Positions 1-10,172 of a stretch of 64,000 nt of DNA are shown one piece after another. The stretch is from an uncultured delta proteobacterium (GTDB lineage: Bacteria > Myxococcota_A > Polyangia > Fen-1088): NCBI GenBank assembly GCA_963767925.1, contig CAVYGB010000008.1, positions 2,720,001 to 2,784,000 of the forward strand, in the 5' to 3' direction. Made by a program: the position numbers and the translations under genes. The notes below the pieces were generated by a model, which was given only the letters and a program-made list of their open reading frames with translations, was not told the DNA's origin and ran no database searches. How positions within the stretch are numbered: the stretch's first letter is position 1; the number at the start of each line of letters is the position of its first letter.

Positions 1-245
1 CCCCACCCCCGCCGCCCGTGTCCCCGCCCGCCGCTCCGCCGGTCCCCCTGGCGCCGGCCACGGACACGGCGGCGGCCGCGAACCCCCGCCCGGCGGTGGC
101 CACCAGCAAGAAGTCACCGCCGAGGGCCAAACGTGCCTCGAGCCGCGGGAGCCGGCCCAAGGCACATGCCACCCGGCGGCCGTACCGGGTCATGGCGCCC
201 GAGGCGCGGTCTCGTTCCCAGCCCATCGCCCAGGGTCGGCGCTAA
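1..245 (+). CDS. 3' end of a Pro/Ala-rich protein, truncated by the window edge
   Basis: Open frame from the window start to TAA at 243-245, converging on the HAD gene; low-complexity sequence, no family recognised. Confidence 0.35.
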   Translation, partial: PPPPPVSPPAAPPVPLAPATDTAAAANPRPAVATSKKSPPRAKRASSRGSRPKAHATRRPYRVMAPEARSRSQPIAQGRR

Positions 246-250
246 GCCAC

Positions 251-919
251 TCAGACGATCGCGGGCAGGCCGCCCGGCGCCGGGAGGTCGTGGGTCGGGC
301 CGAGCGCCAGCAGGTCGGCCGGGTCGCTGTAGCCCCAGAGCGCGGCGGCCGAGGCGCACCCCGCCGCCCGGGCCACCTGCAGATCGGGGATCCCGTCGCC
401 GACCATGAGCGCGGCCGCCGGGTCGCAGGAGAACCGTTCGAACAGGGCGCGGGCGGCGGCCGGGTCGGGCTTGCGCGGGAAACCGTCGCCGTCACCGATC
501 GCGGCGTGAAAGAGCCCGTCGATGCCCAGCGCCGCCAGGAGCGGGCGGGTGATCTCGCCCGGCTTGTTGGTGAGCACCGCCAGGCGCCGCGCTGGTTCGG
601 CACGCAGGCTCTGCAGCACTTCGGCTATCCCGGGGTACAGGCGGGACTGCACACAGGGCCTGGCGCGGTACTCGTCGCGCACGAGATCGGCGAGGGCCTG
701 CGCGCGCGCGGCATCCTCGGCGCCGCCCGCGGACGGACGCAGAGCGAGCGCCTTTCCGGCCAGGCGCAACACGCCCTCGCCGACCAGCGCCCGCACCTCC
801 GCCAGGGGAAAAGGGGCAAGCCCGAAGGTGGCCAGACCCTGGTTGAGGGCCGCGCCGATGTCGGGCAGTGAGTCGACGAGCGTTCCGTCGAGGTCGAAGA
901 TCACGAGGCTGTATCTCAC
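251..919 (-). CDS. gph: HAD-superfamily hydrolase, phosphoglycolate phosphatase-like
   Basis: Motif I FDLDGTLVDS, LTNKP, RKPDP, MVGDGIPD. Confidence 0.85.
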   Translation of the reverse strand: MRYSLVIFDLDGTLVDSLPDIGAALNQGLATFGLAPFPLAEVRALVGEGVLRLAGKALALRPSAGGAEDAARAQALADLVRDEYRARPCVQSRLYPGIAEVLQSLRAEPARRLAVLTNKPGEITRPLLAALGIDGLFHAAIGDGDGFPRKPDPAAARALFERFSCDPAAALMVGDGIPDLQVARAAGCASAAALWGYSDPADLLALGPTHDLPAPGGLPAIV

Positions 920-1028
920 GGCCGCCGAGCCTTAGCGCCGAGCCGGGCTCGCGTCAACGCGCGGGGCTCCCCGTACGACCCGACCTTTCCCCGGGCCCCC
1001 GGGTGCGCTACGTTTCCATGTCCGGCGG

Positions 1029-2675
1029 ATGTCGCAAACGGCTACAAAGAATCCGCTGGAGGAGGCGGGAACGGCGATGACGGACGGCGTGCGCGATCGG
1101 ACGCTCTCCGAGCTCCCGCTGCAGCCGGTGTATCGTCCCGGCGAGCTCGAGGGCAGCGGCTGGCAGCCCGAGCAGCGCCTCGGCGAGCCCGGCGCCTACC
1201 CGTACACACGGGGCCCCCACCCCACGATGTACCGGGGGAAGCTGTGGACGATGCGGATGTTCTCGGGCTTCGGCTCGCCCGACGACACCAACCAGCGCTT
1301 CAAGTTCCTGCTCGCGCAGGGGCAGACCGGGCTCTCGACCGCCTTCGACATGCCGACCTTGATGGGCTACGACCCCGACCATCCCCGCTCGCTGGGCGAG
1401 GTGGGCCGCGAGGGGGTCTCGGTGGCGAGCCTCGAGGACATGCGCCGGCTGTTCGCCGACATCCCGCTCGACCAGGTCAGCACCTCGATGACGATCAACG
1501 CGCCTGCCGTGGTGGTGCTGGCGTTCTACGAGGCGCTGGCCGAGGAGCGGGGCATCGCCCCCGATCGCCTGGCCGGGACCGTCCAGAACGACATGTTCAA
1601 GGAGTTCATCGCCCAGAAGGAGTGGATCTGCGGCCTGCGGCCCCACCTGCGCATCGTCAAGGACATGCTCGTGCATTGCACGCGGCGGATGCCCCGGTGG
1701 AACACAATCAGCGTGAGCGGCTACCACATCCGCGAGGCCGGGTCGACGGCGGTACAGGAGCTGGCCTTCACCCTGGCCGACGGGATCGGCTACGTCGAGC
1801 TGGGCCTGGCGGCGGGGCTCGACATCGACGAGTTCGCCCCCCGGCTCTCGTTCTTCTGGGACGTGCACAACGACTTCTTCGAGGAGATCGCCAAGCTGCG
1901 GGCGGCCCGGCGCATGTGGGCCCGCATCATGCGCGAGCGCTTCTCCGCCCGGAACCCGCGCTCCTGGCTGCTGCGGGCCCACGCCCAGACCGCGGGCGTG
2001 TCGCTGGTGGCGCAGCAACCCCTCAACAACGTCGTGCGCACCGCCCTGCAGGCCCTGGCCGCCGTGCTGGGCGGGGTCCAGTCGCTGCACACGAACAGCT
2101 ACGACGAGACCTTCGCCCTGCCCACCGAGGAGGCGGCGTCGCTGGCCCTGCGCACGCAGCAGATCATCGCGCACGAGAGCGGCGTCCCCAACGTCGTCGA
2201 TCCCCTGGGTGGGTCCTATTTCCTCGAGTCCCTGACCGACCAGATGGAGGCGGAGGCGAACCGTTACCTCGAGAAGATCGAGGCCCTGGGCGGCATCGCC
2301 CGGGCCATCGAGGAGGGCTATCCCCAGCGCGAGATCGCCGCCTCCGCCTACCGCTACCAACGTGAGGTGGATGCGAACGAGCGGGTCGTGGTAGGGGTGA
2401 ACAGGCACGTGTCCGAGGACGAGGCCGCCATACCAACGCTGAAGATCGACCTTCGAGCGGAGCAAGATCAGATCGCCCGCGTGCGAGCCTTCCGGATGGG
2501 CCGTTCCAGCGACGCCGCGCAGCGTGGGCTGGAGGCGGTCCGCCGGGCCTGCGAAGGGACCGACAACATCATGGATGCGACCTTGCTCGCCGTGAAAAAC
2601 GGGGCGACTCTGGGCGAGGTCTGCCAGGTTTTCCGTGACGTGTTCGGCGAGCACCGAGACCCCGCTTACCTCTGA
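1029..2675 (+). CDS. icmA: B12-dependent acyl-CoA mutase large (substrate-binding) subunit, isobutyryl-CoA mutase type
   Basis: [39 protein letters not shown]; no B12-binding domain; specificity residues RMFSG (Phe) and IAQKEW (Gln). Confidence 0.8.
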   Translation: MSQTATKNPLEEAGTAMTDGVRDRTLSELPLQPVYRPGELEGSGWQPEQRLGEPGAYPYTRGPHPTMYRGKLWTMRMFSGFGSPDDTNQRFKFLLAQGQTGLSTAFDMPTLMGYDPDHPRSLGEVGREGVSVASLEDMRRLFADIPLDQVSTSMTINAPAVVVLAFYEALAEERGIAPDRLAGTVQNDMFKEFIAQKEWICGLRPHLRIVKDMLVHCTRRMPRWNTISVSGYHIREAGSTAVQELAFTLADGIGYVELGLAAGLDIDEFAPRLSFFWDVHNDFFEEIAKLRAARRMWARIMRERFSARNPRSWLLRAHAQTAGVSLVAQQPLNNVVRTALQALAAVLGGVQSLHTNSYDETFALPTEEAASLALRTQQIIAHESGVPNVVDPLGGSYFLESLTDQMEAEANRYLEKIEALGGIARAIEEGYPQREIAASAYRYQREVDANERVVVGVNRHVSEDEAAIPTLKIDLRAEQDQIARVRAFRMGRSSDAAQRGLEAVRRACEGTDNIMDATLLAVKNGATLGEVCQVFRDVFGEHRDPAYL

Positions 2676-2705
2676 AGACCTCTGATGATCGAAGGAGCCC
2701 CGTAG

Positions 2706-3203
2706 ATGCCGACCCCTGGCGTAGGAGACGATATCGAAGACGTGTGCAGCCGGTGCGGCGACACCTGGCACGTCGTCATGGCCAAGGTGGGGGAAAAGAT
2801 TGCCAAAGTCGTGTGCAAACGCTGCGGCGGCCAGCACGGCTACCGGGGCTCGGAAGGCGCCGGCCAGGCGGCGGCCAGCACCGGTGGGGCGGCGAAACGA
2901 ACCGTGCGTCGGCGAACCACCAAGCCGAGTCTCGAGGCGGTCTCCGCCCCGCCCCCCGCGTTCGACCCGGACAAGCCGCCCCGGCCCTATTCGGTCCGTG
3001 ACCTCTACGTCCCCGGCGAGCGGATCGTGCACCCCACCTTCGGGACCGGGATAGTGGCGGCGACGCCGGGACCGGGGAAGGTCGATGTCGTGTTCCCCTC
3101 GGGCAGCCGCACGCTCGCCTGCAACAAGGCAGAGTCCACCCTGGCCCGGCCAGTGGCGGTCTCCAACGTCCCGATCGGCGATCGACCTCCCGACGGGAAA
3201 TGA
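2706..3203 (+). CDS. Zn-ribbon plus C-terminal Tudor/SH3-like domain protein
   Basis: CSRC...H and CKRC...H; GERIVHPTFGTGIV resembles the PcrA/UvrD C-terminal Tudor motif. Confidence 0.65.
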   Translation: MPTPGVGDDIEDVCSRCGDTWHVVMAKVGEKIAKVVCKRCGGQHGYRGSEGAGQAAASTGGAAKRTVRRRTTKPSLEAVSAPPPAFDPDKPPRPYSVRDLYVPGERIVHPTFGTGIVAATPGPGKVDVVFPSGSRTLACNKAESTLARPVAVSNVPIGDRPPDGK

Positions 3204-3880
3204 GCGCCGCTGCCCCCGAAGCCCTGGCTGCCCACCGCCGGGACACGCCGGGGACGGCGGGCCTGTCGGGCGCCCGTTTCCTGGCCTACAAATGGGCGAT
3301 CGGCCTGGCCCTGGCCGGCGTGCAGTCGGCGGTTTACTTCGCGCTGGGCTACCTCGAGCGCACCCGATCGGCGACCCTGCTGGCCCTCCCGCTCGACCGG
3401 GAGGTCCCCTTCCTGGTCTGGACGGTCTGGCTGTACCTGCCGTTTTACGCCGGCATCTTCGCGCTGGCCATCACCGGGCTGCGCCGGATCGACCTGTTTC
3501 ACAGGGCGGTCAAGGGCTTCCTGCTCACGGTGCTGATCGGCGCGCTCGGCCACCTCCTGATCGCCGCCGAATACCCGCGGCCACCCGTCCCGCTGCCGGC
3601 CCGGGGGCTCTCGGAGGCTTTCCTGGCCTGGGTGCAGGCGGTCGACCCGCCGGGTAACGTCTTCCCCTCGTTGCACGTCGCCCACACGACGGCGCTGGCC
3701 CTGGTGCTCCGGCGGGACCGCCGCCGGATGGGCGCGCTGGCCCTGGTGATGGCCCTGCTGCTCGCGCTGTCCACGATGACCACCAAGCAGCACTTCGTCG
3801 TCGACGTGCTGTCCGGCTGGCTGATCGCCTTCCTGGTGAGCCGCTGGATCCTCCGTCCCTTCCCGCGATCGCCCGGATGA
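3200..3880 (+). CDS. PAP2-family membrane phosphatase/phosphotransferase
   Basis: YPRP, NVFPSLHVA, KQHFVVDV motifs; several TM segments; ATGA overlap with the upstream gene. Confidence 0.8.
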   Translation: MSAAAPEALAAHRRDTPGTAGLSGARFLAYKWAIGLALAGVQSAVYFALGYLERTRSATLLALPLDREVPFLVWTVWLYLPFYAGIFALAITGLRRIDLFHRAVKGFLLTVLIGALGHLLIAAEYPRPPVPLPARGLSEAFLAWVQAVDPPGNVFPSLHVAHTTALALVLRRDRRRMGALALVMALLLALSTMTTKQHFVVDVLSGWLIAFLVSRWILRPFPRSPG

Positions 3881-5163
3881 CCGAGCCGGCGGGGGTGGAG
3901 CTGGGGGGGTACCGGCCGACCTGGCGCCGGGCGCTGGTGCTGCTCTGGCTGGGGCAGGTCATGTCCCATCTCGGCGACGCCCTGTTCGCGGTTGGGATCT
4001 TCTTCCTGGCCTTCGAGATCACCGGCTCCAAGGCCGGCAGCGGCCTGCTCATCGCCCTCAACTACCTGCCGGCGCTGGCGCTGGGGCCCTTCGCGGGCGC
4101 CTTCGTCGACCGGCATGACCGCCGGCGGGTGATGTTGACCGCCGAGCTCGTGCGGGGCCTGGCGGTGGGCGCCATCCCCCTGCTCTACGTCACGGGGCAG
4201 CTCACGCCGTTCGCCCTGGGGGCGGCGATGTTCGTCCTCGCGACCGGCACCGCCATGTTCAATCCGGCCCTGAAGGCGCTGGTGCCCGAGGTGGTGCCGC
4301 CGGCCCACCTGACCACCGCCGCTGCGGTCTTCCAGATGTCCGAGTTCGCCGCCCTGGTGGTCGGGCCGGTGGTGGCGGGGCTGGTCATCATCCCGGAGCT
4401 GGGGACGGTCCACCTCTTCACCCTGGACGCCGCCACCTTCGTCGTCTCCCTGCTGTGTGTGCTGGCGCTGGCCCCCATCGCCCGCCAGGCGGCCCACGCG
4501 GCGGTGCAGGGCCCGCTGCCGCCCACCGCCAGCGGGCGGATCCGGCTGCGCACGCCCCCCGGCGTGATCACCGAGGTGCGCTCGGGGATGCGGGCCATGT
4601 TCGCCCGCAGCGAGCTGCGCGCCCTGCTGGTGCTGGTGGCGGCGGACAACCTGCTGCTGACCGGGCTGTCCCAGATCGCCACGCCGCTGCTGATCAAGGA
4701 GACCCTTGGCCTGGGCAACGAGGCCTACGCCGGCGTGCAGAGCTTTTTTTATCTCGGCCTGCTGGTGGCGAGCGGGGGCTTCTGGCTGCTGGGCCGCCGG
4801 GGGCCCAAGAAGCGGACCATCCTGGTCGGCATCGTCCTCGACGGGTTGACCTTCTTGCCGCTGGCGTTCTGCCACACGCTCGGCGAGGTTCAGCTCGCCA
4901 TGTTCTTCCACGCGCTCGCGGTGCCCCTCATCATCATCCCCCGCACCGTGCTGGTCCAGGAGCTGGTCCCGGGGCCCCTGCATGGCCGCGCCTTCGCCCT
5001 GCTCAACGCCACGGTGTTCGGGATGACGGCGATCTCGGTCGGGCTGACCGGCTTCCTCGCCGAGCACCTGTCGCTGCAGACGCTGTTCCTGGGGCTGGGC
5101 GGGCTGGGCACCCTGACCGGCCTGGTCGGCCTGGTCGTGACCCGCACGCGGGCGGCCCGATGA
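3877..5163 (+). CDS. MFS transporter (DHA3-like)
   Basis: About 12 TM segments, motif A GAFVDRHDRRRVM. Confidence 0.88.
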   Translation: MTEPAGVELGGYRPTWRRALVLLWLGQVMSHLGDALFAVGIFFLAFEITGSKAGSGLLIALNYLPALALGPFAGAFVDRHDRRRVMLTAELVRGLAVGAIPLLYVTGQLTPFALGAAMFVLATGTAMFNPALKALVPEVVPPAHLTTAAAVFQMSEFAALVVGPVVAGLVIIPELGTVHLFTLDAATFVVSLLCVLALAPIARQAAHAAVQGPLPPTASGRIRLRTPPGVITEVRSGMRAMFARSELRALLVLVAADNLLLTGLSQIATPLLIKETLGLGNEAYAGVQSFFYLGLLVASGGFWLLGRRGPKKRTILVGIVLDGLTFLPLAFCHTLGEVQLAMFFHALAVPLIIIPRTVLVQELVPGPLHGRAFALLNATVFGMTAISVGLTGFLAEHLSLQTLFLGLGGLGTLTGLVGLVVTRTRAAR

Positions 5164-6518
5164 CGGGCGAGGAGGCGCCCCGGCTGGTGCGGCCGACGGC
5201 CCTCGACGATCAGGGCAGCGGCCTGGCCGAGATCGACGACCTGCGGGTGCACGTGGCCGGCGTCCTGCCCGGGGAGGAGGCCACCGCCCTGATCGAGCAC
5301 GTGTCGTCCCACCGCCGCCCGGACGGCCGGCGCGAGGCCTGGGGACGGGCCCTCGAGGTGCGGGTGCGCTCTCCCGATCGGACGGCCCCGGCCTGCCCGG
5401 CCCACGGCCCCTGCGGCGGCTGTCCGGTGCAGCACCTGGCCTACCCGGCCCAGCTCCGCTGGAAGCGGGAGCAGGTGGCGACGGCCCTGGCCGGGCTGGA
5501 CCGGCTACCGGAGGTGGAGGCCTGCGCGCCCTCCCCTTGCGTCCTCGGCTACCGCAACCAGGGCAAATACGTCTACGGGGCGGTGCTGGCGCGAGGACGG
5601 CCCACTCTGGGCGCCTACGCGCCCCGGTCGCATCAGCTCATCGACCTGCTCGGCTGCCAGGTTGTCGAGCCCCCGATCGACGCCGTGGCCAGCACCTTGC
5701 GAGAGCTGCTGGCCGAACGGGCCGTCGTCCCCTTCGACGAGCGCCGGCGGACCGGACTGCTGCGGTACTGCGTGCTGCGCAGCAACCGGGCCGGCCAGGT
5801 GCTCGTCACGCTGGTGACCGGCAAGCCGGCCTGGAGCGAGGGCCCCGCGCTGGCGGAGGCGCTGCGGGCGGCGCGTCCCGAGGTGGCGGGCGTGCTCTGG
5901 AGCATCAACGAATCGCCGGGCAACGTCATCTTCGGGCCGGAGACGTTCCCCCTGGCCGGCCAGGCCGAGCTGAACGAGACCCTGGCCGGGGTGACCGTCT
6001 CGGTGGGCCCGCGGGTCTTCCTGCAGCTCAACCGGGAGGTGGCGGCCCGCATCTACGCCGAGGTGACCGCGGCCGCCGGGGAGCTGGCTCCGCTCGGCCG
6101 GGTGGTGGAGCTGTACGCGGGCGTGGGGGCGATGTCCTTCGGGGTGGCGGCCCGGGCGGCCGAGGTCGTCGCGATCGAGGAGAATTCCGCGGCCTGCGCC
6201 GCCGGCCGGGACGCGGCGGCGGCGGCCGGGTTGAGCCACGTCCGCTTCGTCACCGCCGACGCTGCCAGCGGCCTGCGCGGGATCGAGGCGGCCGACGCGG
6301 TCATCCTGAACCCACCGCGGGCCGGGCTGGCGCCCGGCCTGGCGGCGGCGGTGGCGAAGCTGCGGCCGCGGCTGTGCGCCTACGTCTCGTGCAACCCGGC
6401 CACGCTGGCCCGGGACCTCGTCGGGCTGACTGCGGAGGGCCTGCGTCCGGTCCGCCTCGCCCCCTTCGACATGCTCCCCCATACCCCCCACGTCGAGGTG
6501 CTGGCGCTGCTGAAGTGA
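5160..6518 (+). CDS. rlmD: 23S rRNA (uracil-C5)-methyltransferase RlmD
   Basis: CPAHGPCGGC Fe-S motif, FLQLN, ELYAGVG, LNPPRAG, YVSCNPATLARD, DMLPHTPHVE; ATG at 5160 overlaps the MFS stop. Confidence 0.9.
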   Translation: MTGEEAPRLVRPTALDDQGSGLAEIDDLRVHVAGVLPGEEATALIEHVSSHRRPDGRREAWGRALEVRVRSPDRTAPACPAHGPCGGCPVQHLAYPAQLRWKREQVATALAGLDRLPEVEACAPSPCVLGYRNQGKYVYGAVLARGRPTLGAYAPRSHQLIDLLGCQVVEPPIDAVASTLRELLAERAVVPFDERRRTGLLRYCVLRSNRAGQVLVTLVTGKPAWSEGPALAEALRAARPEVAGVLWSINESPGNVIFGPETFPLAGQAELNETLAGVTVSVGPRVFLQLNREVAARIYAEVTAAAGELAPLGRVVELYAGVGAMSFGVAARAAEVVAIEENSAACAAGRDAAAAAGLSHVRFVTADAASGLRGIEAADAVILNPPRAGLAPGLAAAVAKLRPRLCAYVSCNPATLARDLVGLTAEGLRPVRLAPFDMLPHTPHVEVLALLK

Positions 6519-6595
6519 GCCCTTTACAGGGCGGGCGGCACCTGGTCTTCTCGCGGCGACGTCGTCACGATCGGGGCCCGGAAGGGGGGCCACCC

Positions 6596-7891
6596 ATGCG
6601 CACAGCCACCACCTCCGCCTCCGCGTTTCGATCCTCAGGACGGTCTGCCGCGCTGGCCGTCGTTCTGGTTGCTCTCCTGGCTGCTCTGCTGGCCCCCGCC
6701 ACCGCGCTCGCCCAGGACCCGCCCCCGAGCCCGCCGGCCGAGCCGGAGCCCGCGCCCGACAGCGAGACGCCGCCGACCGTGCCGCCGCTGCCCCCCGCGC
6801 CGCCGCCGGTCGTGGATCCCTCGGCCCCGCCGCCCATCGACGTGCCGGCCCCCAGCTTCGAATCGTCGCTGCCACCCAGCGTGCTCGCCAACCTCAAGTG
6901 GGAGGGCCTCGTCGACACCTATTACCTCTACAAGGTGACGGGCTCGAACACGGTTGAGGATCCCGAGCGCCGGGTTTACGACACCCTGGGCGGCACCTTC
7001 GCCCTGGCCTACGCCAAGCTGGCCCTGCAGATGGACGCCGACCCGGTGGGCCTGCGCATCGACTTCGGCTACGGCCAGGTGGGGTCGATCATCAACGACA
7101 GCAGCAAGCTGGCCTCCGACCCGGTCGCCGGGACCGCCCTCTACGCGAGCGCCTTCATCGTCCAGCAGGCCTACGCCACCGCACGCCTCGGCATCGCCAC
7201 CCTCGACGCCGGCAAGTTCAACACCACCGCGGGCGCCGAGGTCACCGAGGCCAACCGCAACTGGCTGTACTCCCGCTCGCTGCTGTTCGCCGCCATCCCC
7301 GCCCTGCACACGGGCCTGCGCCTCACCCTCAAGCCGAACGACACGGTCAGCGTGCAGGCCAGCCTGGTCAACGGCGGCATCACGAACAACGACCCCGACA
7401 ACAACGCCTGGAAGACGGTGGGCCTGTCGCTGGGGCTGGCGCCCTCGGCGGCCACCCTGGTGGCGCTCACCGGTTACCTCGGCAAGGAGGGGCCCCCCAT
7501 TGACCAGGGGGAGTTGCAGCTCCTGCTCGACCTCGTGCTGGGCCAGAGCTTCGGCGAGTCGGTGGCGGTCAACCTCAACGTCGACTACTTCAAGAACGGC
7601 AGCGCCTACTGGATCGGGGCGTCGGCCATGGGCCGCTTCGTCCTGACCGAGCTGCTCTACCTCGCGCTCCGCGGAGAGGTCGTCTCGTCCCGGAACGGGG
7701 GGTATGCCGGCATCACCCAGGACATCAACCTGTTCGAGGGCAGCTTGATGGCCGGGCTGCCGGTGGGGACCAACTACGAGATCCGCCTGGAGCTGCGCGG
7801 AGACTTCGGCAACCGGGACATCTTTCACCGGGGGACGGAGACCCGCAGCAACCAGCTCACCGCCCTGGCCGCCTTCCTGGCGGGGTTCTAG
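6596..7891 (+). CDS. Outer-membrane beta-barrel porin (BBP2/OmpL-like) with Pro-rich N-terminus
   Basis: Signal peptide, VQQAYAT, DAGKFNT, NWLYSRS, terminal Phe. Confidence 0.7.
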   Translation: MRTATTSASAFRSSGRSAALAVVLVALLAALLAPATALAQDPPPSPPAEPEPAPDSETPPTVPPLPPAPPPVVDPSAPPPIDVPAPSFESSLPPSVLANLKWEGLVDTYYLYKVTGSNTVEDPERRVYDTLGGTFALAYAKLALQMDADPVGLRIDFGYGQVGSIINDSSKLASDPVAGTALYASAFIVQQAYATARLGIATLDAGKFNTTAGAEVTEANRNWLYSRSLLFAAIPALHTGLRLTLKPNDTVSVQASLVNGGITNNDPDNNAWKTVGLSLGLAPSAATLVALTGYLGKEGPPIDQGELQLLLDLVLGQSFGESVAVNLNVDYFKNGSAYWIGASAMGRFVLTELLYLALRGEVVSSRNGGYAGITQDINLFEGSLMAGLPVGTNYEIRLELRGDFGNRDIFHRGTETRSNQLTALAAFLAGF

Positions 7892-8084
7892 CCGCCGGCG
7901 CCGGTGGCCGGCGCGCGACCGGGCGGCGGCGGCGAGCGCCACCACCAGCGCCAGCCCGGCGGCGGACACCGGACGGGGGGACGCGGCGAGCTGGCAGGCG
8001 CAGCCGGCGGCTTGTCGTGCGCCGCCCTCGGCGGGTGGGGCGCCGTCGGGCCGCCAGCAGGGCCAGGCCGCCGGGGAGGGTCAT
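7888..8084 (-). pseudogene. Small remnant ORF with a MYXO-CTERM-like C-terminal sorting motif
   Basis: ATG at 8084 overlaps the pqqE stop; after a +1 shift near 8048 it reads ...GCACQLAASPRPVSAAGLALVVALAAAARSRAGHRRRR. Confidence 0.4.
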
Positions 8085-9187
8085 GCCACGGTCGGCAGGC
8101 GGCGGTAGCGCAGGGGGGCCGGCCCCGGCTCCTGCTCCGCCTGGGCCCGGGCCTGCTCGACGAGGGCGTGGTCGGGCGAACGCGAGCAGACCGGGTCGGT
8201 GGCGCTGGCGTCGCCAGTGAGCTGGAAGGCCTGGCAGCGGCAGCCCCCGAGATCGAGGGCGCGGCGATCGCAGGTGCGGCAGGTGGGGCTCATCCAGTCC
8301 TCGCCGCGGAAGGCCTGGAAACCCGGCGAATCGCGCCAGATCTCGCCCAGGGGGCGGTCGCGCACGCTCTCGAAGCGCAGCGATCGGATGGTGTGGGCGG
8401 CCTGGCAGGGCAAGGCCGTCCCGTCGGGCGCCACGACCAGGTACCGCTGCCCCCAGCCGGCCATGCAGGTGCGGGGAAAGTCGGCGTGATAGTCGGGCAA
8501 CACGAACAGGACGTCCATCTTGCCGCGCAGGCGCTCGCGAGCGGCGGTCGCCTCCTGGCGGGCGCGCTCGAGGGCGGCCCGGTCGGGCAGCAGCGCCGCC
8601 CGGTTGAGCAGCGCCCAGCCCAGGTACTGGGTGTTGGCCAGCTCGAGCCGGTCGGCCCCCAGCCGCTCGGCCAGGTCGATGATCTCGGCGGTGCGGGCCA
8701 GGTTCTGGCGGTGCAGGACCACGTTCACCGTGAGCGGGCGCCCGAGCTCGCGCGTCCAGCGGGCCAGGTCGAGCTTCGCCTCCCAGGCGTCGCGCCCGGA
8801 GATCCGCTGGGCCGTCGCCCGATCGACGTCCTGGAAGGAGATCTGCACCGCGTCCAGCCCGCGCCGGCACAGCGCCTCGAGCCGGTCGCGCGTGAAGGGG
8901 ACGCCGCTCGTGATGAGGTTGCTATAGAGCTCGAGGCGCCGGGCCTCCCCCACGATCTCCTCGAGGTCGTCGCGCAGGGCCGGCTCGCCGCCGGTGAAGT
9001 TCACCTCCAGCACGCCGAGCTGATCGGCCTCGCCCAGGACGCGGCACCAGGTGGCGGTGTCGAGCTCGCGCCCGGTCGCCGACACCTGCACCGGGTTGGA
9101 GCAATACAGGCACTGGAGCGGACAGCGGTAGGTCAGCTCCGCGACGAGCGTGTAAGGCCGGTAGCCGGCGCTCAGGGGGTCTGCCAT
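8081..9187 (-). CDS. pqqE: PqqA peptide cyclase PqqE (radical SAM/SPASM)
   Basis: AELTYRCPLQCLYCSNP, LELANTQYLGWA, CMAGWG, GGCRCQAF. Confidence 0.96.
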   Translation of the reverse strand: MADPLSAGYRPYTLVAELTYRCPLQCLYCSNPVQVSATGRELDTATWCRVLGEADQLGVLEVNFTGGEPALRDDLEEIVGEARRLELYSNLITSGVPFTRDRLEALCRRGLDAVQISFQDVDRATAQRISGRDAWEAKLDLARWTRELGRPLTVNVVLHRQNLARTAEIIDLAERLGADRLELANTQYLGWALLNRAALLPDRAALERARQEATAARERLRGKMDVLFVLPDYHADFPRTCMAGWGQRYLVVAPDGTALPCQAAHTIRSLRFESVRDRPLGEIWRDSPGFQAFRGEDWMSPTCRTCDRRALDLGGCRCQAFQLTGDASATDPVCSRSPDHALVEQARAQAEQEPGPAPLRYRRLPTVA

Positions 9188-9453
9188 GTGATGAGCCCCC
9201 GCTCCGCGAGCTGCGCGAGCAGCGCCTGCACGTCCGCGGTGATCATCGCCGGCTCGCCGCCCGTGCGGGCCACCAGCGCCGCGGCGATCTCGGCGACGGT
9301 GCGGCGGGCGTCGCACAGCTCGAGGATGGCGGCGGCGCTGGCGCTGAGGACCAGCCCCCGCTCGGGATAGAGCAGGACGGTCTTGCCCGACAGGCGGTCG
9401 GCGCGCAGGCGGGCCTTCGCCGCCAGGGCCGGCCGCCCCTGCAGCGGAATCAC
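9172..9453 (-). CDS. pqqD: PqqD peptide chaperone
   Basis: VLLYPERGLVLSASAAAILELCD; lies between pqqC and pqqE; GTG overlaps the pqqC stop. Confidence 0.92.
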   Translation of the reverse strand: MIPLQGRPALAAKARLRADRLSGKTVLLYPERGLVLSASAAAILELCDARRTVAEIAAALVARTGGEPAMITADVQALLAQLAERGLITWQTP

Positions 9454-10172
9454 CGGGCCCCGCCCCCTCCGGCGGCGGCCATCGTCACGCAGTCGAGCAG
9501 GTGCCAGAGCACCTCGGTCTTGCGCACGAGGGCGGCGAGGCAGGCCTCCTGCAGCTCGCGGGTGGTGGCCTGGGCGGTCACGAAGGCCACCGCCTCCTGC
9601 GAGTCCTGGCGAGCCCGGGTCACCCGGGCCCGGAAGTAGTCCAGGCCCTCCCGGGCGACCCAGGGGTAGTGTTTCTCCCAGGCCTCGATCCGCCGGGCCA
9701 TGAGATCGGGGGCGAAGAACTCGGTCAGCGACGAGGCCACCGCCACCGGCAGAGGGCTGTGGCGGACCAGCTCGACGTAGCCGTCGCAGGCGAAGCGCAC
9801 GCCGGGCAACACCCCCCGGCAGGCGGCGACCTCCCCGGGATCCAGCCCCACCGCGCCGGCCAGCCGCAGCCAGTGGGCGAGACCGCCCGGGTGCCCGCTG
9901 TCGTCGGCGATGCCGTCGTGGTCCTGGATGCGCCGGATCCACATGCGCCGGAAGGCGGGGTCCTCCGACTTGGCGAGGATGAGCGCGTCCTTGATGGGGA
10001 TGCGCGTCTGGTAGTAGTAGCGGTTGGCCACCCAGCGCTGGATCTCCTCGCGCGACAGCTCCCCGTCGTGCATGCGCCGGTGAAACGGGTGGGCGTCGTG
10101 GTAGCGGCTGGCGCCTTCCTGGCGCAGGCGATCGACGAGCTGCTCGGGGGTGAGGGCGGGACCCGCGCTCAC
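9450..10172 (-). CDS. pqqC: Pyrroloquinoline-quinone synthase PqqC
   Basis: YHDAHPFH, WVANRYYYQTRIPIKDA, RRIQDHDG, SSLTEFFAP. Confidence 0.96.
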   Translation of the reverse strand: MSAGPALTPEQLVDRLRQEGASRYHDAHPFHRRMHDGELSREEIQRWVANRYYYQTRIPIKDALILAKSEDPAFRRMWIRRIQDHDGIADDSGHPGGLAHWLRLAGAVGLDPGEVAACRGVLPGVRFACDGYVELVRHSPLPVAVASSLTEFFAPDLMARRIEAWEKHYPWVAREGLDYFRARVTRARQDSQEAVAFVTAQATTRELQEACLAALVRKTEVLWHLLDCVTMAAAGGGGAR

